A DNA stretch of 30,356 bases. Origin: Paraspadella gotoi. Its lineage: Eukaryota > Animalia > Chaetognatha. Below, in pieces: positions 1-9,500 of this stretch; the stretch's first letter is position 1; the number at the start of each line of letters is the position of its first letter. The DNA lies in contig JBJCIZ010000265.1 in assembly GCA_051294375.1 (NCBI GenBank), forward strand, positions 1-30,356. The letters are read 5' to 3'. Position numbers and translations under genes: made by a program. Below the pieces are notes generated by a model, which was not told the DNA's origin, searched no databases, and worked only from the letters and a program-made list of their open reading frames with translations.

Positions 1-725
1 CTTTATATTACTCATGCATGTAACGAAATAAACATTAAAAACCAATTCGACTGATGGCGAATAGAAGTCGGCAGAAAATGGTGGATAGCCGACGTAGATG
101 AAGTTTTGCTTTGTTCTAGAGAATATATACAGATCGACATTAGTGTAACTGTAGGTTATAAGATTTTTTAAAATTGAAAACCCAACTATAAAGATCAGTG
201 GCTGCCACCAATTACAAATGTAAACAAACCGGATGTTTTAATTTACAATTTGAATTGCGAACTGGTTCGCAAAGGGCTTAAACTGAACTGAGTTAACATA
301 AAAACAATATAAAAAAAAAAAAAAAACCTCAGTATTATCTGCTTTCGAACTTACATTCTGTCAAATATTGGACACCGTCTTCGATCTACTTTCCTGTAAA
401 TAAAATTCCACTTTTGGTTTCATGTCTGAAATACCTGTCTTCTTACTTAAATGTGGGTGGACAGAGTGGTGGGAAATTCGAAAGATCCCAGAGACTCGGA
501 ATTGAAAGAAAAGGGGACAGCGCAGAGAGGAGAGTTGAAATTGAAAACAAAAGATGAAAAGAAATTAGTGATTTAAAATGAGTTGATGAAGGAGCGGTTA
601 TCACATTTTTCACCGGATTATCACTGTGAAAAATAGTGATAGAAAATAAGACGTAATAATCGATGGCAAATTTTGCAATTTGAAATTAGTTTGAATCTGA
701 AGGAGAAGTTTGGTTTGCGTCCAGG

Positions 726-880
726 CCTAAAGCCAAGCCGAAGCCCAAGCCGCACACCACAAGGCCGCAAGCCAAACGCCAAAGCCCAAACCGCAAAGCC
801 CAAGCCCAAACGCCAAGCCCAAGCCCAAAACAAAACTTAGGGGAAGCCAAGCCAAGGCTTGCAAGTCAAGCCCAAGCCGA
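726..880. repeat. Degenerate (GCCCAA)n hexamer repeat, possibly a coding AQ/PK repeat
   Basis: Many GCCCAA/GCCAAG units in a GC-rich island. Confidence 0.6.
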
Positions 881-1469
881 GAGCTGCAATACATATCGTA
901 TCCTCAATCCATCAGAGTAAAAAAAATACTATTTATACCCTAAGCATTTCAAATCTCTTTCCCAACTTGATAAATCTTTATCAAAGCTCCATAAAAAGAC
1001 TTCAAGCGTTACCGGCAGTCGACCCCAAGACGCGTGACCTTCACGATTTGAGAGATGAAAGATGGTGGGGGAAATTCTGGTCATGCTGCGAAATGCTTAA
1101 TGAGACTGTGCGCTGGCAAACTTTTAAGTGGAGGGAATGGCTGGCAATTCAGTAATATTGAATGCGCCGCACCGAAATCGCACTAATTGTTGAAATTGTA
1201 TAGAATTGTGTGATAAATAAAAATGACTGTAAAAGTTTAGACGCTCATTTCTCTCTCTCTCTCTGCTTCGTCTCTTCTCTCTCTCATCTCTCTTCTCTCT
1301 CCTCTCGTCTCCGTTCCCCCTGGCCTTGTACAACCGATTACTTGCTTTTCATTAAGCAGACAAAAAAAATCCCACTTGATATGCTTTTGCCGGTTTTTTG
1401 TTAAAATGAGGACCTTGACTTCGCAAGTCAATAATGTAGGTGAAAATTTTTGTGTTCAATTTAACATAT

Positions 1470-2340
1470 TTATCGTCTAAAATATGATTCTCTCTCTCTC
1501 TCGGCTCTCCTCGTCTCTCTACTCTCTATCGTATCATCGATCAGGCCTCTCTCGTGCACGTCTTCTCCCTTCTCTCTTGCCTCTCTGGCTAGCTTGGCTT
1601 GGTCCCTTTCTCTATTCCGGTAGCGGACCCCGGCTCTTTCTGTTCCTCTCATCCTCTCTGACGCTTCTGAGCCCTTCCTCGCTCTCTGAGTTTTCAGGTC
1701 TGCCTCCCTGCTAAGTGGAGCCTCTTACTCTATCCATTCTCCTTGTATATGATTGTGCTCTATACAATCAACTCACTTAAGTATACACACTCCATTACGT
1801 CTAACCCTCTCAACTTTTACTCATTTCCTATTCCTTCCCTATTATTTTGATCCTCATATCTTCGATCATTTGTAATTGGGTAAGCAATTCCTCCCTCTCC
1901 CTATCTGGGAACCCAATATAAGAATTATCCCATCTCTTTCTCTTCCTCTTCTCACTCTTCCTTTGTCTTCATATCAAACCATCTTTCTAAATCTACCAAA
2001 TATTACTCAGATTGATTAAAATTTTATCTGTATCAAAAGACCTCGAGGTCTTCTGCCCATAAAAAATAAAAATAGCCTTCAACTTACTCTTCCGTTAAAA
2101 TAAGGGTCCAATACTGCTCCCTCTCAGGTAACAAACAATGACTCCTTCCATTTAATCCTTTCTCTCCTTCACCTTCTTGCGTCTCCGCTCTCCCTCGTCC
2201 AAATCTTATCTCTCCCCTTTCTTCCTTCCTCCCGTCTTCTTCCTCTCTGCCTCACCTCCCCCTAAATCACAACTGGAGGTTTGATTTTGCACCACTTTTT
2301 AAAAAATTTGAATCTCGGATCAATTTTCTTGCTCGATCTG
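1470..2340 (-). mobile_element. Possible degenerate LINE ORF1 remnant
   Basis: Purine-rich minus strand; fragments EEEEKR-DNSYIGFPDRE and KVERVRRNG followed by an R/E-rich tail resemble the RRNNLIIxGxPE..V.RLG layout of CR1/L2-type ORF1; many stops. Confidence 0.3.
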
Positions 2341-3269
2341 ACCTTTTCAAGCACGCGCCGAAGTTTCCAATTTGAAAATGGAATCAAGAAACATCGATGC
2401 TCTTTTTTTCATCTAAATTAAAAAATTCGTTGAATAACTTAAAATGGAGGATTTTCGATATTTAGTTATATTATTACCAGATATCGTAACGAAGTTGTCC
2501 ACATTCAGTAACCACGGCGCAGATTATTACCTTTTTCTGAAATAATTTTTGATTTATTTAGAAAGTATCTATTTTTTTCAAGATGCCTTGAAAAAGGGAT
2601 ACTTTTATTAAAATCATTACGAAATGGCGGATGTCAATGTGAAAAAAAATTAGCGTAACATAAATCTTCGTTGAAAAATATTAATAATATACGGTTTATA
2701 ATAATTCTTTATTTTTAAAAATTTATTAACAAATAAAGTGGGTTTTTTAAAAGGACAAAAAAACATTTGAGTTAGTCATCTTGCCAAAATGGTGTTTTTT
2801 TTAGATAGTTTAAACATTTACACATACGTTTTACTTTGTTCCTTGAATTTGTATTCAGATACCAACTTACTATTACGCTTCATATTTCTTATTTCCAATT
2901 ACGGATTTTAAACGCATTTTTTTCTTTAATTACGTTAACGACTTCCATCGTCAAACAATGTTAATCGCTGTCACCTGTGCAGAGTAATTTTTAATTTATG
3001 CTTCTGATTCGAATGTTGTTTTTTGGGTCAATGAAGGAAACGAGCGCTGACACGCCGACAGGCGTCAAGGATAGACTACTGGTATCCTTTTAAGGAAAGA
3101 ACGCGTATAATCATTTTTAGTAATATATAAATAGTATTTTCGTATAACGTATTATCGAATATAATTTTTTTTTATGATTTTGAATTTTTTAGAGAACCTG
3201 AAAATAAAAATGGTAATATAATTATATTCATGAGAAAGAAAGAAAAAACGTCAACCCTGTTATGGAAAT

Positions 3270-3324
<55 letters not shown>

Positions 3325-3335
3325 AGAGAGAAGAG

Positions 3336-3371
<36 letters not shown>
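3270..3371. repeat. (GA)n microsatellite upstream of gene A
   Basis: Near-perfect dinucleotide run. Confidence 0.95.
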
Positions 3372-3506
3372 TGCATTTAGTATTGTTTCTTCGAAATTGC
3401 TACTTCTTTTATTATTGATGTGGACAAGCGAAGATCGAAAGACTTAAAGCAACCAATTAAAGGACACAAATCTTCTTTGGTTTTTAAAATCTCAAACTTG
3501 AGAAAA

Positions 3507-3594
3507 ATGAAGGACGGAGTTGGAATCTTTGACGATGATGGTCTTGCCTCTTGCATTTCTGGTCTTGGCCTCTCAATGGCGCAAGATTGCTGAA
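3507..3594 (+). CDS. Gene A exon 1 (signal peptide)
   Basis: ATG at 3507; MKDGVGI(L)TMMVLPLAFLVLAS after removing one T; GTAAGT donor at 3595. Confidence 0.65.
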
Positions 3595-6500
3595 GTAAGT
3601 ATTTTTGGGCAGGAGAGAGATTTACTTAATTCGATTAGTCCTACTATTTAACCACACTCCAATTTATTATAAATTTTAAGCTTTAAAAGCTTTCTCTTAT
3701 TTAAGCTCTTAATTTATCAGTCTTTTTTTTCTTAATTTGAAGCTTCACATTTTTTAAGCGCTAACTTTTTACTTCTCAACTCTTCACTCTTTACTCTCAA
3801 CTCCTCACTCTCGAACTCTTCACTCTCCATCTTCACTCTCAACTCTTCATCTCAACTCTTGCAGCTGGTCTCAAACTCTTCAGCTCACAACTCGCTGACT
3901 CCTCAACATGGCACGCATAGCGCGCGGTCGGCCAGTGTCCCGTGGTCTCGATGCAGAGCATCCGAAAGGCGCGATCCGGATTCTGGAAGATGATCTTCAA
4001 AAAAAGAGACTATCAGATGGACACATTGACAATCAAGCTTCTCACGCTCTCACTGTGAACGGCCCTCACCGAGGCGGGGTGAGAATTTTTACAACTGTGT
4101 TTTTTGTGCGGAACTCACCGAGGACGGGGTGAGATTTTTCAGTCGCGCCGTCAATCCGTGACGTTTCATCTTCGAGCAGATCAGAGATTCACATTTGAAG
4201 TGAACGGAGGGGGGGGGGCATTAATTCTCACTTTTCGAGATTAAACTGCTGATTTTTAAGAGACGAGGAAAATATGCTTCATACTATATATTATCAAACA
4301 AAACGAGAAGTCCTTTATTAAAGAGTTTACATATGGTCTGATCCATTCTGAGAGGGATGGGAGATCAGAACCCTATAACTCTAAAACGCTTATCTAAAGT
4401 AATTATTCTAGTATGTTTATTTTTACTAATTAAATATTTTTGCGGAATGCGCATATATAATTGTTTTTTATTTTAACGCACGATTATAAAAAAGAAACAA
4501 ATTGTTTTTTCATTATCTCCGCGATTGCAACTACTGTCTTTGCTGCCTCAGACTGTTGTTCCGCGTCGAATCCGCATCGAGACCTCGGTGGCAGCGAATC
4601 CCAATTCTGCAATGGCACGCAAAGAATATCTGAGGCATAGGACACATTTCTGAATGCCATCAAGTCTAAGCAAGGTGAGAACTGAGGAATGTATGGATGA
4701 CATGGGACAATTGAGACATAAGGACATGTCATATGAATGGGAAACGTTCTGAATGGCTGATGAGACTGCAAAAGAGAGGAGATTGCATCGTTACTAAGTT
4801 ACACAATTGCTAAATATTAATTAAATAAGGCTATTTATTGGCTATGATATACATTAAAAACAATTTAAGGTTAAATACATTGCGAATTAAAAAGAAATAA
4901 GAAAGACGGAGTAAAAAATAATAATTATATATAATATGATAATGTATTGATAGGAATGAAAAAAAGCCAGAACGACCTCACCTTTCTTCCTTTACCTTCC
5001 TTACCTTCTTTTCTGGACTCATTTCTTCCCTCCTTACACACCCCTTCTTTCAGATGGCCCACTTCGTCTCCTGAAGACCAAGTATTCACTAACGACAACG
5101 CTCATCGACAAAATCGAGTCAATTCCCTGTCATTTGACTTCACAACGGCGACAAGTTCCATGCTGACGGAGTCAGGCAACCAAACCGTCTTGCAGGTGGA
5201 GTAAATGGAATCGTCGTTCTTTCTCTTCTTCGTCTCGCTCTCTCTCTTCTCATCTTCGTTCTCTGCTCTCCTCTCTCTTCTCTTCTCTCTCTCGTCTCTC
5301 TCTCTCCCTACTCATTTCATTTTCATTCCATTTTCGCATGGACGCGACTCAATTCCCGCTCGATTCTCAAACCTGCAGAATAAGATTGCGTTGCTTCCTC
5401 TGGCAAATCTCATGGATCGTCATTCTTGCACAAAAAAAAGTTCTTATTACTTTTTTATTATTTTTATTTATTCTCTATCATTTCCTCTTTCCCTCCCTTT
5501 CTTATCTTCTCTCTTTTCTTCTTTCATTCTTTTCGTTATTTTCATTTCTCTTTTTTCTTTCCTCTTCCTCCCTTTTTCTGCTTCTGTCTTTCCTCCATTT
5601 CCTTTTTTCTTTCCTCATTGTTCTTTTTTCCATTTCATCTCCTTTCTTCTTCTCCTTTTCTTTTTCCTCGCCTTTTTTCTTTCTCCTTTCCTCCATTTTT
5701 TTTATTCTTCTTTATTCCTTTTTCTTTCCTCTTTCCTCCTTTTATACGTTTCCTTTTTCGTCCCTGTTTTACTTTCTTCTTTCGCTCCTTTTTCTTTGCG
5801 TCTTTCCTCCTTTTTTTTTTCTTTCCTCCCTCTTTTTTCCTTCCTCTTTCCCTCCTTTCCTTTCTCTCTTTCCTCCCTTATTCTCTTTTCCCTCTCCCGT
5901 CTTTTCTCCTTCCCATCTCCTCTTTCCCTCTTCTCGCCTCTCCGTCTTTTTCTCCCTCTCCTCTCAAACAGGTCCATAGCCGGAACTGACAGTGGGCTAC
6001 ACTCACGACCGAGACTCTTTTCCTCCGCTCCACCGAATTGCCTCTGTCTTCCTTCTTACGCTGGAGGGATTTCCAGACTTCGGCCATTCGAGTACGGGAA
6101 TCGCTTACGCAGAGGATTTTGAAGAAACAGGTTGGTTGTTGTTTTTTGTCGTTGTTGTTGTCGTCGTTGTATTGTTGTTTGTTTTTGTTTATTGTTGTGT
6201 TATGGCTGTTGTTTTTGTTTTTCTGTTGTTGTTGTGTTATTGTTTTTTGTTGTTTGTGTAACCGCCAATGTGTCGTCGAAACTAATTTAGGGGCATCTTA
6301 TTCCCAGAACGCCCCATTTTATCTTACTTATTTTCAAAATTAGATTTTTAGGGTTAGGTGGTTAGGATTAAGAAATTAAGATATGGACTTAGGATAATGA
6401 TTAGGGGTTATGGATTAGGTTACAAATTTAAAGTAAAAAAGCTTAGGTTTAAATATTGAGACTGAAGATTAAATTTCGCGGGATAAATTAAGAATCGTTC

Positions 6501-9500
6501 ACTATCGTCGACTTTGTCAACAGTTTGTGTTTTAAAGTTTGTGAATTATGTGGATTTTGTTGACAATTAAGCTTTCCTTTGCAATTGTCAAATGGTGATT
6601 AGAATAAATGATGGTATTATGAATTGGTACAACCAATATAAAATTATCCCATTCATTTAATAAATAAGCTATCCTTGGCCCCTGACTTTGGACAGGCTTT
6701 GGTGGTTTCTAAGGCGTTCATCACTCTTACCAAGATAATGACAAGCAGGTCTCTGCCAAGCTTGTCATCAAGACTCCTCTCAACAGTCTCGTTTATTCAC
6801 ATCCCAGAGTACCTGTGGCTTCCCTAATCAAATGAAGTGGTAATAATATTCAAGAATGTTTCCAATTGGTAGTGAAAGACCACTCCCTTAAGAGTATTAG
6901 GATCGGGGAAATACTTATTGTACTGTACCGCACTAGCATAAAATACAAGAGCTGCATTTTAATGAAAACTTGGTAGCACCAATATAAAAAATAATTAATC
7001 CATTCATTTAAATTATAAATAAGGCGTATCTTGCACCTGACTTTGGACAGGCTTGGTGGTTTAAGGCCTCCATGCACACTCTTACAAAGATATTGATTCA
7101 ATGAAGTTTGTCATCAGCAGTTTTAACTAGACCGACTGTTATCTCCCTCATGTATACCATGGACTATTCAAAACTCAACCCTTTAAATCTTGTGCATGCT
7201 CTAGATCCATCCACAGTGTCCATAACATTCCCAGCCCAATCCATTTCATCGTCTATTTCTACTCTCTCCTTCCACAAGGAGAAAGTACGCCTTCTCTGGA
7301 GATCCCGAGTGAGAAGACGAAAGACGGTCCATCGGTCGAGTCGCTTTGGTTGATTCCAATATGTTGTGCCTTTTCAATTCCTCAATTCTTTATTTTTCCT
7401 TCTTCCTCCCGGTAAGTGTATGTAATGAAAAATTTGGAATGAGTAATTAGAGCATTTATTTAAAACTGTATTAGAGCCAAATTTTCGTCAATGGGGGGTC
7501 AGAATTTGATTTGGGTAACCATTTGCCAAATGAAACTTTTCATACATTTTCTGGGGAAAACGTTTTCTCAAATGGAGCAAAATTTTCTAAATGGCAAAGG
7601 AAGCATGTAGATAATTAATTTTTTGATATTTTATTTATAGATAGGAAATTTTTTTTGGGAAAATTTTTATTATTTAAACTTAGCAGATTCAAATAGCTTA
7701 TTGAAAAGTTATCGCCTACAACAAGTATAATTCTTTTTTTCAAATATTTTGAATGATAATGGGTTTAAATTGAAGAAAAAACTTTAAAAAAAATTCATCA
7801 TCGAATCATCATCATGCCGATGATATTTAGCAGTTTTTACTAAATTTTTAGTATACATTATACTCAAAATTTTTAAAAACAAGTTGTAAATTATATTTTT
7901 GCTTAACTTTTTAAAGCTCTATGAGAATCAATTAAAAAAACTATTTGACATTATAATCAATATAAATAATATTAAATATAGCGAATTACTGCATGGTTTC
8001 GGAACAAATTTTTGCAAAAAAAATATTTACACACAATAATTAAATACAATAGATGGATTAGTTTAATTGCTGTTCCCATTAAGAATTTGAAATTTGGTCG
8101 GCTTCCGGCTAACTGTAAAATGACTTTATTATGTTATTGGAATTTAAATTGAAATGATATATTTGTTTTTCACTCTCCTGCAGTATTTCTTTCCTTTTTT
8201 AATGTAAGATTTTTTCGTTTCTTTCCATTTTCCCCACATTTTTTAAGCACTTAACCAATTTTTTAGTAATTTTTTTTTTCTTTGTCTTATTTTTCTCTAT
8301 TTTACATAATTTTTTTAATTTAAACTCTTTCTGAGCCTCTTGCTCATTTTTTTCTTAATTTACTAATTGCACTTTAATTTCCTTTCTCTTTCTTTGTTTT
8401 TTCTTTCTTTTTCTCTCTCATTTTTTTTTTTATTCACCAAACGTTTCCATCTTCATCATACACTAAATCTCCAACTTTTCACAGAGAGTGGTGAACGAAT
8501 GGGCACCGCAATCACGATGCTGCTCACCATCTCGCAGTCACGCTCATTTCGGTCAAGTGAGAGAGGAGTGAATCTTGTACGAGACGCAATTCGACCTCTT
8601 TAAAATGTCAATAAAGGGGTGACTCCAGTACGAGGAAAGGCTTAAAACCTAAATAGTCCTCACCACGGTTTATTATTAATTTCACCACCAATGATCTCTA
8701 CCCACCCTTTTATCACTTTCTTCCTACGTACCGCGACTTCCTCTCTTGTCTCTCTCGCTCTCCCTATCTCCCCTCTATAGCCCTCCCCTCTCTCCAAGAC
8801 TCCACCCTTCCTCCCTCATCCTCTCTCTTCCCCCCCGTCCTCCTCCTTTGGCGCTCCCCTGGCCTTTTCTTTTCCCTCCTGCCTCCCTACAACCCCCTTC
8901 CTCCGCTCTCATCATTCTCGCACTCTCCCCCTCCGTGCTCCCCTCTTCCTTCTCCCCACCCCTTCCTCCTCCTCTTCTCTCTTCCCCTCACCCTCCTCGC
9001 TCGCCTCTTCCAATCTGCCCTTCTCCCTCCTCATCTCTCCCATCTCTCCCCTCCCCTCCCTCCCTCTGCCTCCTCGCCCCTCCTCCTCCGCCCCACAACT
9101 CCCTTCTTCCTACTCCTCTCTCTTCCCCCTCCCCTCTCCTCTCCCCCCTTACCTCCCTCCCCTCCAACCCCCTTCCTGCTGCCCACTCCTCTCCTCTCCC
9201 GTCCTCCTCCCTCCACCCCTTCCTCCCTCCCTCCTCTCTCTTTCGCCTCGCTTCTCCTCCTCCCCCTCCTCCTCCCCTTCCAACCCCTTCCTCCCTCCCT
9301 CCTCTCTCTTTCCCTCCCCTCTCCTCCTCCCCCTCCCCTCTCCTCAACCCCCCCTTCCTCCTCCCTCCTCTCTCTCTCCCCTCCCCTCTCCTCCTCCCCC
9401 TCCAACCCCCTTCCTCCCTCCTCTCTCTCTCTCCCCTCCCCTCTCCTCCTCCCCCTCCTCCTCCCCCTCCAACCCCTTCCTCCCTCCTCTCTCTCTCCTC

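Noticed and set aside
3865-3920. Insulin B-chain-like KL(C)SSQLADxLNMA(C)
   Set aside because: Both cysteines would need substitutions, no A chain follows, and the segment is explained as the pLGIC alpha1 helix before RP
8485-8557. Anion-selective (GABA/Gly/GluCl-type) channel or a specific nAChR gene symbol
   Set aside because: The linker is GER, not PAR; the sequence is too divergent to assign orthology
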